The position numbers were made by a program, and so were the translations under genes. Shown here piece by piece: positions 52,051-63,822 of a stretch of 64,000 nt of DNA. Under the pieces are notes generated by a model. The model was not told the DNA's origin, searched no databases, and saw only the letters and a program-made list of their open reading frames with translations. The DNA comes from Adineta vaga (Eukaryota; Animalia; Rotifera). How positions within the stretch are numbered: position 1 is the first letter of the stretch; each line of letters starts with the position of its first letter. The DNA lies in contig CP075492.1 of the NCBI GenBank assembly GCA_021613535.1, forward strand, positions 16,926,001 to 16,990,000, read 5' to 3'.

Positions 52051-52814
52051 TTTTCACGACATTCATATGAAAAAAAAATTCAATTTACAATTTTTATACA
52101 AACATTAAAAAACATAACCAAATCCTCGAACTTAATCATTTATTATTGAATTAAAAATATATAACTTTTTTTGCTTACGTCATCGTAAAAGTTTGCTAAA
52201 GTATTTTTTTCACTGCTTTGCTTTAATTATCATTTGTATTCTTATCAATAAAATTTTAAATCAATATAACATTAGCAAACTGAGGGCGTAGTTCGTAGAT
52301 GGGTGTGGGTGTGGTTGTGGGGTGGGTGTTGAAGAAAAGAGACAGCGACACTCTTAACAACACGCTTGTTTCTACGTTTATTATATTCCTTAAGCTAAAG
52401 GCATGCCGGTGAGAGTTCGACTCTTACAATTCTCTCTTGATATGAGATAGCATTCTGATGAAGCATAAAACTTCTTTCCAAGTAAAATAATGATAAAAGC
52501 ACACTTGATGTGTTAACGCTTTTATTTTGCTTATCTGTTATCTACGCTCACATTCATATTCTATGTATATTCTGTATAAAAAAACCTTGAAGATTTTGAT
52601 ACTTTATTGTTGACATGTATTTATCTTGAAACAAAGTACTTAGAATATAGGTACTTACTATAATTAATCTTTTATACATAAATGCATCGCTAAAGGTAAC
52701 AATGTGAAGACTGTGTTAAGAGAGCTCGCTCTACTATATAAGCAAAGGAACGTAGAAAAAAAAACATTATTCGTCTAAACCGTTTATCATTTCATATTTG
52801 CGTTTTAATCATTG

Positions 52815-54925
52815 ATGATGATGGTGACTTCTATATTTTTATTTCTGCTGCTTCTTTTTAAATCTTCTTTTCAATTAAATAATGGTTTAGGAAGAACGCC
52901 TCAAATGGGTAAGATCAAAATGATTGTATAAAACTTAAATTTGATGGATAGAATATTACACTAATTGGATTGAATTCATGCTTTCTTTATACATATAGAT
53001 AGAAGATAGATATGAAGTTATTATTAAAATCATTTTATTTTAGGATGGAATAGTTGGAATCATTTTCCATGTAATATCAACGAAAATCTTATTCGACAAG
53101 TAACGGATAGCATTATATCCACAGGTTTAGCTGCTGTTGGTTATGAATATGGTATGTTTTATGTTTTTCAAATTTTTTTTTCGTTTAATAATCTTGAGTA
53201 TTCGATTTATTAATAGTGAATCTGGATGATTGTTGGCAAATAAGTCGAGATGCGCAAGGTATTATACAAGCTGATCCAAATGGTTTTCCCAGTGGTATTC
53301 CAGCCTTAGTTGATTATGTTCATTCAAAAAAACTTAAACTTGGTCTCTATTCAGGTACACTAATTATTTGTAATCATCAACATATTTTTAAATAGAGAAG
53401 ATAAAATGTTTTCTTCAACTACAATTTATCTAATTTGGCATTTTATACTTTAGATGCTGGATTCGCGACTTGTGATAATAGACCGGGTTCTTTACATTAT
53501 GAAGTAAAAGATGCTAATACTTATGCATCATGGAATATAGATTATTTGAAATATGATAATTGCAATAGTGATGGGACTATGCCTATCGAAAGATATCCTA
53601 CCATGCGAGATGCATTAAATGCAACTGGAAGACCAATTTTCTACTCACTTTGTGGTATTTACAGGATTTGTGTATTCTTTTTAATTTAGATAAATAATAT
53701 TATTTTTATCATAGAATGGGGTATAGATGAACCAGCTCTTTGGGCATCTGATGTTGGTAATAGTTGGCGAACGACCGAAGACATTCAAAATTATTGGTTG
53801 TCAATGTTGAATAATATCGATATTGTAATAGTGATGCATATTTTTCCTAGTATAAAGATTTTCTTTTTCGTGTATTTAGAATAATGAATATGCGAATAAA
53901 GCGGGACCCGGTGGTTGGAATGATCCAGATAGTAAGTGATTATATGAAACTACTTAATTTATTTTAATTATGCGATGTTTATAAAGTGCTTCAGATTGGA
54001 AATAATGGTATGACAGATGGAGAATATATGACGCATTTTGGTTTGTGGTCTATCAGCAAAGCACCTCTTCTTATTGGTTGCGATGTTCGTAATATGAGTT
54101 CAACTACTCTATCAATCCTTTCTAATCCAGAAGTGATTGCTGTTAATCAAGATCCATTGGGTGTTCAAGGAAGAAAAGTTGCTTTTTCATCATCTCGATT
54201 ACCTAATACAACAACAAACGTAGTTAACACCGATTGTTCCATAAATATTGATCCTAAACGTCGTCAATGGGTTTATAATCATGACGATGGATCGATTCGA
54301 TCGTTATTTAATGGACAATGTTTATCAATTCAAGATTGTAATCCTGGCGGAGGTGCGAATATTGTAGTGAGTGATTGTCGTGTAAATGATCCACAAGCAC
54401 CATGTCAGGGTAGAAATCAACAATGGATTTTGTCACAATTTGTTGAGAATCTTGTTTCTCGACTGAATATTCTATGGTAAGTTTTGATTGAAATCTGCCG
54501 ACAAATTATTTGAAAAAAAATTGAATATTAAATGATTTAGTTTAGCGCTATTTCATCATAAGGGTCCACATCTAGTTGCAGATGGATGCGATATACAATC
54601 AGATCAAGCATGGATATTTCATTTGTCCGATGGAACTATCCGAAATAAATATGATGGTAAATGTTTAACAGCAGAGGCCGAACTTGAAGTATGGGCTGGA
54701 CCACTTGTTGATGGTTCACAAGCAGTACTTTTACTTAATCGAGGTAACATAGGAAGTGAACCAATAACTGTTCAATGGAGTGATATTAATTTTCCTGCTA
54801 ACAAATCAGCTCTTGTTCGTGATCTAGTCAATCGAAAAGATCTTGGAACATTTACTGGTAGTTATACATCACCAAACATTACTCGTCATGAAATCATGAT
54901 GTTGAAGGTTACTCCTACAGCATAA
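52815..54925 (+). CDS. alpha-galactosidase (GH27) with an inserted ricin-B lectin domain, multi-exon
   Basis: Signal peptide, [12 protein letters not shown]|[34 protein letters not shown]|LQIGN and QDPLG. QW-type ricin repeats follow, then the LEVWAGPL...VLLLNR C-terminal domain. Confidence 0.93.
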
Positions 54926-55288
54926 ATATAACAATTTAATCAATTTTTTCCGAAAAATTATTGGCTTTAAGCTTTTCAATCATCCTACATTTTCATATTT
55001 TTCTATTGATCATTAACTTTTTTTGTTATTTAATAAACTTTGAGGAAGACATACTTTTAGTCGTACATAGAGATGTCTGTAGATGTGAGTTATAATTAAG
55101 AAAGACGGAAATAAATCTAGTCCTACGTTATCTTTAAGTTTTCGTTTTCATAACTTATTTTCGAAAGTATAAAATACAGATGAATTTTCATTTATATTCG
55201 AACTCACATTAGGCAGCTCATGACATAATCTATGAAATTTCTCGTAAACTTCATAAAGTGTATTCACTTATATGTGACTTTATACTTA

Positions 55289-55687
55289 GGGCAATCTAAA
55301 AGTAATGGCGGATGTACTTTTTTTAATGAAGGGATAGAGCGACTTTTGCTTTATTTTTCTATGCTATTTAATCACTATTTAACTGGTATCATAATAATAA
55401 AAGTTCGAGAAGAACGTTTTTTTGTGTAACTTCAGCTGGCAGCAATAGTGCATGTAAATTGTTTTCTAACAAAAACGAATTAGACGATGAAAAAAACGAA
55501 GAAAACACACATGAATGATAATATACACTATTGCTGCCTGCTGAAGTTACACAAAAAAACGTTCTTCTTGAACTTTTATTATTATGTTACCAGTTAAATA
55601 GTGATCAAATAGCATAGAAAAATAGAGCAAAGGTCGCTCTGTCTCTTCATAGAAATAAATACATCCAATATCACTTTTGGATTGGCC
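55289..55687. mobile_element. MITE/foldback element (about 400 bp, arms about 165 bp)
   Basis: Long imperfect inverted repeat GGGCAATCTAAAAGT...GCAGCAATAGTG / CACTATTGCTGC...ACTTTTGGATTGGCC, flanked by TA on both sides, with no ORF. Confidence 0.8.
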
Positions 55688-55694
55688 TAAAAGA

Positions 55695-55773
55695 TTAATT
55701 AGATATTGCGTTTGACGTCAAATTCATAGGAATCTCTGTTTTGCTTCTGATGTCAAACGCAATATCTAATTAA
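55695..55773. repeat. 79-bp hairpin with 26-bp arms
   Basis: TTAATTAGATATTGCGTTTGACGTCA pairs with TGATGTCAAACGCAATATCTAATTAA (1 mismatch). Confidence 0.85.
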
Positions 55774-55927
55774 CTATTTTAATTGCCAATGGTGACGGCA
55801 TCATCTTTCTTTCCCCCCCTTTTTTTTTTATAAAAAAAGAGTATTATAGAAAAATGATCTATCATTTCCAAATAGTATAATATAAATATGAGAAACTTCG
55901 TTTAAAATTCAGTATAAAGAAACAAGA

Positions 55928-56938
55928 ATGTCATCCGTTGCATCTCTAACATTGATATCTCAACAATTTACAATTTACTTTGGCATTCCAGTCTTTATCT
56001 TTGGTCTTATTGGAAATTGTTTAAATATTTTGATGTTTTCATCAAGAAAATTATTCCCATCTAGTCCATGTCAATTGTATTTACTTACTGGATCAATTTC
56101 AAGTTTAGTTGCAATTGTCATTCCACTTTCATTACGTATATTAATTGGTTTACAATATGATTTAACAAAGACAAACCTATTTCTCTGTAAAGCACGACAA
56201 TATTTAGGTCACATTTCCATATTAGCATCGTTGACATGTGTCAGTTTGGCGACCATTGATCGATACTTAATCAGCTGTCGTGAAATTCGTTTTCGACAGA
56301 TGAGTAAAATGTCCACAGCACGACTTTTGTGTGTCGCAATAGTTGTTTTCTGGTCTTTACACGGTTTGCCAATCGTGATAATGGTTAACATTTATCCAGC
56401 TGCAGCAAATCAAACTGTTTGTGTTAATCGATCGACAGCTTATGGATATTATCTAAATTATTTTATCATTTTAATTCTCTACAATATATTACCATTAGCA
56501 ATTTTTGTTGTATTTGGATGGCTGACATGGAGAAATGTTCACAAAATCCATCAACGACGCATCGGACCTGAACTGCAACGTTTACCCACAAATCAACGTC
56601 AGGAATATCAACTAACAAGAATGTTACTATTACAAATTTGTTCGATTAGCCTATCAACAATACCTTATACAATAAACAGTCTGTACAATGCAATAACAAA
56701 TCAAATACAAAAGGATTCTCTAAGAGCGGCACAAGAAAATCTTTCTACGACAGTGACTAATTTTCTTTTTTATTTAAATTTTACCATTAGTTTCTACATT
56801 TATCTCAGCTCGTCAAAATCATTAAGAAATAAGTTTTTTAGAAAGTTATTTTCGACATACAGTGGGTGTCGACAAGTGATGCAAACTGTTTCGACAATCA
56901 CAGCAGCAACAGCTAACAATGCAGATCGAACAGCATGA
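55928..56938 (+). CDS. rhodopsin-like orphan GPCR, intronless
   Basis: 7 TM helices, GLIGN in TM1, Cys at the start of TM3, and IDRY. Confidence 0.92.
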   Translation: MSSVASLTLISQQFTIYFGIPVFIFGLIGNCLNILMFSSRKLFPSSPCQLYLLTGSISSLVAIVIPLSLRILIGLQYDLTKTNLFLCKARQYLGHISILASLTCVSLATIDRYLISCREIRFRQMSKMSTARLLCVAIVVFWSLHGLPIVIMVNIYPAAANQTVCVNRSTAYGYYLNYFIILILYNILPLAIFVVFGWLTWRNVHKIHQRRIGPELQRLPTNQRQEYQLTRMLLLQICSISLSTIPYTINSLYNAITNQIQKDSLRAAQENLSTTVTNFLFYLNFTISFYIYLSSSKSLRNKFFRKLFSTYSGCRQVMQTVSTITAATANNADRTA

Positions 56939-57959
56939 TCTTCGACAACAAACAATTCATGTTTTCTCCTGTGATTCGTTGTTACTGTTTGAGAACTTAT
57001 CATAATGTGGGAAGCCTAATGAAGCTTTGTCACGGATGCAACATTATTATGCGTTGATTCACCTGTATAGCAGATGTTGTTTTTGAGAAAACCATCTTGA
57101 AGGTGTGAGTAACATATTAACACATTGTATTTATTAAAAAAAATAAAGATGGATATGATTATTGAAGATAAATGATAGAACTTTTTTTTATTGAAATTGG
57201 GTGAGAGAACGTAGTGGAAGTTAGCAGCGGATTCGAGTATTTCCTGCTGACATTTGCTTGAAATTTATGTTTGGTATGAGAACCACTGTTTATGATGAAA
57301 TTCCGCATTTATCTATTTCTTTCTCTAAAACACCGCATGCTGGCGAGAGCGTTACGCTGTTTTTATGTAAAAACAAATATCCAAACACATGCGAAAGAGA
57401 AAAAACGAAAGAAATATATAATTATTTAGATTCTTGAGAATGTGAGTGAATATTTTTTACTTACTTGACATCCACATCCTCTCCCTTACGCTAAAAAAGA
57501 AATACATTGTCTTGAAGCAATGGATCACTGTCGAAAAGAGATATCCTTATCTTCGATCTTCATTTAAACATTTCAAGAAATGATACTTTGAACTTCTGAC
57601 AAAAGTCATCTACGAACATATTTTAAAGTTTTTTATTAATACAGTCGTATGATAGCAAACAAAATCTGCTCAAATACAGGTTTTAATGTTTTTTTAGTTC
57701 GAGGAATTTTATTTTTAGTCTCATATGAATATTAGACGAAGATACATAGAAATACACGGATTTCAGACACCGAAATTAGAAATTCATCAGCGTTATTTGA
57801 CAACAAAATCCCGATTATTTCTGTCTATTTATTATAATTCTTCACGTACTTTTTCATGTTTTCTCTAATCATTAAAAGATTAACGACGCAGCACGTTCAT
57901 CGTATTTTTACGCGCAGTTAGCAAAAGAAAATGTATTCTCATTCTTTTTCTTATTTGAA

Positions 57960-58949
57960 ATGGAAAGTGACTCCTTGAATAACACTGAAACAGAATATGA
58001 AACTGTAATTTCAAGAAAAATTGGTTTTTATATATTTCTTTTGATTGATATTCCATCAATTTTATGTAGTCTATTACTCTTCTATTATTTTATTCATCTA
58101 CGTGAACAACTTCATCAAAATCGTTTCAATCAAATCATTATTTATTTATTATTTTCCTCATTTTTGACAAATACAATTGACGTTCCACTGATAATAATTC
58201 ATTTTTACAACTATCAATACGTTGAATCATTAAACAATCCAAATACTTATTGTATATTTTGGCAATTATGTGATTATATATTTTATTCATTGAATTTATG
58301 GTTAATGGCACTTGCTTGTTTCGAACGTTACTTAATGATATTTTCCCAAAGAATCATAACGACAAATCAATGGTTACTTGTTCTTCTTTATTATGTCTCT
58401 GTTTTTTCCATAACAATCTTCTGTTTTCTTTGGTATATTTATTTAGTATTCTTATATCCATGTGAACAAAACAGTTTTGTTTATACAGAAAATATTTGTA
58501 GTGCATCATGTTATGAAACAGTTGATGATGCAATGATACAAAATATTGATTGGGTGTTAGCGAATTTAATACCAGCATTTTTAGTTATTTTCTTTCTTTG
58601 TATCATTGTACTGCACGTTATTTATCACAAATATAAAATCAGTCGACATGCAATACGAAGAGGAATATGGAAAAGAACACGAAAACTGTTTCTTCAATTA
58701 TTTCCAATTGCTTTTATATTTTTAACCTTTAATATTCCAGTAATAACTGTTGGAATGCTTGGTGTGAATTATCCTTGGTTTAATGAAATACCGTATTATT
58801 ATACAAATTTACTTTATTATTTTTTACCAATGTTTATGTCATTTGCTATATTATCAAAACACAAAAAAATACGAAATCAATTTATTATTTTATTCAAATT
58901 GAGAAGAAGAAATCGAATTATACCATTTAGAACTGCAACTATTAATTGA
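57960..58949 (+). CDS. rhodopsin-like orphan GPCR, intronless
   Basis: 7 TM helices, FERY motif and extracellular Cys residues. Same family as the GPCR relics at 17.2 kb and 45-46 kb. Confidence 0.88.
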   Translation: MESDSLNNTETEYETVISRKIGFYIFLLIDIPSILCSLLLFYYFIHLREQLHQNRFNQIIIYLLFSSFLTNTIDVPLIIIHFYNYQYVESLNNPNTYCIFWQLCDYIFYSLNLWLMALACFERYLMIFSQRIITTNQWLLVLLYYVSVFSITIFCFLWYIYLVFLYPCEQNSFVYTENICSASCYETVDDAMIQNIDWVLANLIPAFLVIFFLCIIVLHVIYHKYKISRHAIRRGIWKRTRKLFLQLFPIAFIFLTFNIPVITVGMLGVNYPWFNEIPYYYTNLLYYFLPMFMSFAILSKHKKIRNQFIILFKLRRRNRIIPFRTATIN

Positions 58950-59008
58950 AAAGGGTGGGTGTGGGTAAGACTCCTCTCTTCACTCTCACTCATCCCCCAC
59001 ATCCTCAA
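58946..59008. repeat. telomere-like palindrome family, copy between two convergent stop codons
   Basis: TTGAAAGGGTGGGTGTGGGTAAGA...CTCACTCATCCCCCACATCCTCAA. Confidence 0.7.
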
Positions 59009-61506
59009 GATTTTGCTTCAGATTTACGAGATTTTGATGCACTCCTAGGTCTTTCATTGTTTATTTTCGATGATTGTTGTTTGGATCTAGGAAAGCGCAT
59101 AGATCTAAAATATCCAATTGTTCGACGCGAAATTGAATTGGAATTTATTCTCGGGGTTACACTATCTTCCGTTCTATTGGCCACAGGAGGTTTACGATGT
59201 GATTGATCTTTATTCGCTGTTTTTTGCTTTTGTGAAGATTCATCTTCAGTCGGCAACTCAATATCGCATTTTTGGTCTGGATTTAAATTTATGTTTGTGT
59301 CTTGTGAACATGATAAATCCAACGAATCATCTGTTTGAAATGGGGAAGAGATAAAATGTGTCGAAATTGATCGATCTGGTTGCCATTGTTGTCCTTCATA
59401 AATAATCCACTTACTCAAGCACATTAGAAACTCTTTAGCATAAATTTTGTTTACCCATTTTCCGGGTAGATTTTCAAAGCCATAGTAGGCACCGGCTAAT
59501 TGACCATAGATAGCAGCTGTTGTATCCGTATCATCACCAAGATTAACTGCAGCGAGTGCACCTTTTTTAAACGAATTCTTATCATTATAAAAAGCCCATA
59601 GAGCAGCTTCAAGTGCATTAACAATATATCCCTTGCCTCGAATTCCTTCTTCATATCCACTTTTTCGTTTGTATGAACCTTGAGCAATTTCCATGATTGT
59701 CGCAGTTAGTGGTTTATTGTTGAACCATGTTTTATGTTTGACGTAAAAGTCGTCGTCAAGCAACTCATCTTTTGATTCACCATTGAGAGCAGCAACAATA
59801 AGAGCACCATAGTAACGACAAGCATCATACGCTTTCTGATCACCATGAGTAATCATTCCACTTTGACCAGAAAATTCGACGGCATACTGTGGATGTCGAT
59901 AGAAGAAAAGAGGTACAGGTGCTAGACGCATCAATGCTCCATTACCAGCTACACCATCTGTACTACAGAACACATTAAATTTATTTAATAGTTCGCAATC
60001 TGAGAGATAATCTAAGTGATCCATAGGAATATTATATTTCTGAGAAAATCTTTTCTGACGACGTTCAAACTCAGATATCGATTGTAGAGTAGCTGCACCA
60101 ATATCAAAACATACTCCTGTTGATGACATATAGCCATGTTTGTACCACCACTTATAACGAACTAACTGATCATATGGAACAAAGTCACGACGAAGTATCA
60201 ATGAACAAGCCAAACATAAAGCCATCGATGTATCATCAGTAAACTAAAATATAATTGTAAGATATGAATATATATACAATCAATTATGTTTATCATTGTA
60301 AACATTACCTGACCTTTTTCTAAACCCCATGTTCCTCCTCCTTGAAGATCTTTTACTGGATTTTGTAGAAGATATTCTCGAGGTCTAAATTCTACATGTG
60401 CACCAAGAGCATCACCCAGAGACATTCCAATAATGGATCCATGAATGCGATTGATAATGTCTGCTTCACTTTTCTCACGAGGATCTTCCATAATCATTTC
60501 AAATTTATCAGGTTTTATAATTGATCCCTTATCATTCTCGTGAAATTGACACTCAAACCACTGTAACCCTATACATATATATACTACGTTTATTCTGTGT
60601 CATCTTATATGATTCATAACTAACTTGCTTGAAATTGACATGCCGGATGTACTTTTGATAATTTATTTGTCTCTAAAATATATCGGTAAATCAGAAAGGA
60701 TTGATCATATATACAAAATATAGTTTACTATGAGATTGTGCTGAAAGTTCATCATCATCATCATCTTCATTGGAAGAATTTTCCTTCGTTATTGTTGATG
60801 ATTGTTTTTCAATTGAGAGAGTCAAATCATTTGGAAGTAATTCTTCTTGCAAACCAATCAGATATAACCCATTTCCTAGATCATGCATACCCAATACTTT
60901 CAAATAAATATAGGGCATTAGAATAACTTCATTTTCATCTCTAAGATATGAAAATTCGCTAACACTTTTTCCATTAATGCATTCGATTTGGAATACAGTT
61001 CGTATGCCTTTTTTACCAAGATATTTGTCGATGTCAGTCGGTGACTTCAAACAAAAGCTAAAACACCACCAACAGATATAATCTTGTTGGTAATATTTTC
61101 TTAGATCGCCACGAGCGCCACGATAAACTGTACATGAAATTGATGGCAATTTATTTAAAGCCATTGACAGAAGTCTATAATAGTTAAACCAAGAGTCTAA
61201 TTGATTTTTATCTTCTGATCGAAGTATTTGATTTAATTGAATACAAATATTATTCTTCGTTGACGTTTGTTCCATAGTGAAGAGACGAATAGCAGCAGCT
61301 TCATCGATAGTGAGACTATCATGCCGTGATTCCGATGCTTTCCTCTTCGCATTACTCACCATATCACTAATCTTCCGGGTGTATTTTTTTATTGAAGATA
61401 AAGCCTCTTCTAATGGCACTATTGTATCGTTTTTATAATCAACAATGTGTGGAGAATACTGAACAAGGTCATCTTTAGCATCGATAAAGCGCTCAATAGC
61501 AGCCAT
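59005..61506 (-). CDS. ART-ARH fusion: Arg-type mono-ADP-ribosyltransferase + ADP-ribosylglycohydrolase (DraG/ARH family), 4 exons, about 774 aa
   Basis: Exons 61506-60729, 60672-60625, 60568-60309 and 60243-59005 join in frame through GT-AG introns of 56, 56 and 65 bp. ART motifs VYRG, WWCFSFC and ENEV. ARH motifs GDALG, TDDT, GNGALMR and GDDTDT. Confidence 0.85.
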
Positions 61507-62870
61507 GTTCTCCTAAATATCTTTATTAGGAATGTAATTGATTAAGATAGATCGACTTACTTTTCGTACTTTTCAAAAATTAAATCGAAAAGAAAACCTA
61601 AGAGTAACAAACCAGACAAAAGATTGAAAAAAAGTAACAAAACGATTGTGCAATATTCTCTCGATTAAAGCAAAAACAAAGATGTTTTTTTTCTTTTTTT
61701 CCAACATACATTATGTGTGTTTATTGAAGTGTTTTTTCGCCGAATGTGTTTCATACTCTCTATTTGAATAGAATGAAAATTTTTGCTCCAGCGAGAATAA
61801 CTAAAACATATAATGTTGAAACGAAACCGTTATATCACAAATGTTCTTCAATGTTAATCGTGTTCAACTGAAAACGTTTCCTGTCTGCCTGCCTACCTGA
61901 TGAAATGAAAACGAAACGGTACAAAAATACGTTCATATGTTATATCTGTTATCATGTTAATTAAGTTTTTATAAGAAATAGTAACACCATCGATACGCGA
62001 TGTAGCATTAAATTAAATTTTGTCTCTTTACAGGACATATTGTTTCTCGAAATTATTTGAAAGATGTCGATGTTTAATTCTATTTATCTTTCTGCAAGTA
62101 ATGGACGAACAACTTGTTGTATAGAAATCGTTTCTCACAACCATTTGGTTTTGCATATCTCATAGAATTACAAATGAACATATTTTTCCTTCTCATTAAT
62201 ATCAAAGCTTGTTAGGAAATGTATTTATCCGTTGGTAATATTAAAACTATTTAATAGTGTTTTAATATATTTGACGTTGATATCACACTTTTTGATGATG
62301 ATGTATTCGTCTCTACATGTGATACAAGAAGAACTAGAGACTGTCGAAAAAGAAAATATCCAAAATAATACAATGAGTAATAACATTGATGAAAATAGAA
62401 CTTTTGGGCTGCAGTTATATCATGTAGATTGTAGGCTTTCATTTTATCAAATTAAGTTTTTACTAATATGTCAACACTCGTTACTCAATCAGATAAATTT
62501 ATTGTACTGAAGTATTTTTTTTAAAGCCATAATTGTTTTGTTGTAATTACTGAGAAAAATACGAAATATATGAAAATATTACGTAATATACATAGATGAG
62601 TAATATTTGTTTGCAAATATCAGGTAAGTCACACCTTGTTTTATGATTTCTCTTACTTTTTTTTCTTCTTCTGATTACTTCCTGATTGAAATCGAGTTGG
62701 AAATTTCTCAATCATGGCGCAAATAAATGATTCAAGTCATATATATATATATATATATACAAATCACGCAAAGTCAAGATATTTATTATTCGAATTGAAT
62801 ATTTATTTCGTTTTTTTTGTATCTATGCAAACTTCGAAGGTAAACTAGAGTTTGATCTTCTATTTTTCAG

Positions 62871-63822
62871 AAAATAAAATGATGGTTAATAATAATGATC
62901 AATCTGGTGAAAACAAAAAAGTAAGTATTCGTTTTATGAGACCATTCGCTTTTCCAAAAGAACGGTTGGTATATTCTGTGGATTTACGTCATTGGATGCC
63001 ACCGATTGATGATCAAAAAGGCATGAATACTTGGTAGATATTCATTGATTTATTTCTTCTAGTTTTAATTTCTTTATTTAACTTTATAGTAGTGCTACTA
63101 CATTTGCAACTTTATGTAATTATTTATTTAAACGTTTGTTTGGTTATGATATTACTGTATCTCGTTTATTTATTTATTATAATAGTCAAATCATGTACTT
63201 TCGTACATTGGAAGTTGAAGATATAGGAGCTCATCGAATGAATGTTGCTTTAAGTTTAAGAAAATATGGCGTTTGTGAAGAAAAATATTGGCCTTATCAA
63301 AAATATCTATTAAATAAAATGCCATCGGATTTAGCATATGAACAAGCAAGTCATTATGCAGTTACTCCATTTTATATACCAATTAATGTAAATGCTATTG
63401 AAATGTGTTTAAATAATAAATTACCAGTTGTTATTGGAATTAGATTAACTAATGATGCAGCGAGAAATATGAAATATAATGGAGGTTATTTACAAGTTCC
63501 CGATATAAATAATTCCTTGGTTTATAAATCTTTCTTACATAGTTGTTTAATTGTTGGATATGATAAAAATTCACAATATTTTATTTGTAGAAATTCTTGG
63601 GGAAGAAATTGGGTAAAAGAAAAAATAATCCTTTTCTTTTTTTCTTTAATATTATTCATTTAATAAATTATATTGTAGGGGGATCAAGGTTATTTTTATA
63701 TGCCATATGAATATATAAGTCATTCTACTCTTGTTAATGATCGAAATGGTTTATGGTCGATTATGAAAATAATTCCACGAACAAATACATTACCTACTGT
63801 ACGTCGATTAGTAGTATCTTGA
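62871..63822 (+). CDS. papain-family (C1A) cysteine protease, xylellain-like, multi-exon; start uncertain
   Basis: SVDLRHWMPPIDDQKGMNT|C (catalytic Cys spans an intron), SRLFIYYN, GVCEEKYWPY, HSCLIVGYD, RNSWG and GDQGYFYMPYEY. Confidence 0.88.

Noticed and set aside
3157-52330. GGGTGT tracts as true telomeres or Athena/Penelope retroelement ends
   Set aside because: The tracts are only 2-4 units long, internal and often paired as palindromes, with no reverse transcriptase adjacent.
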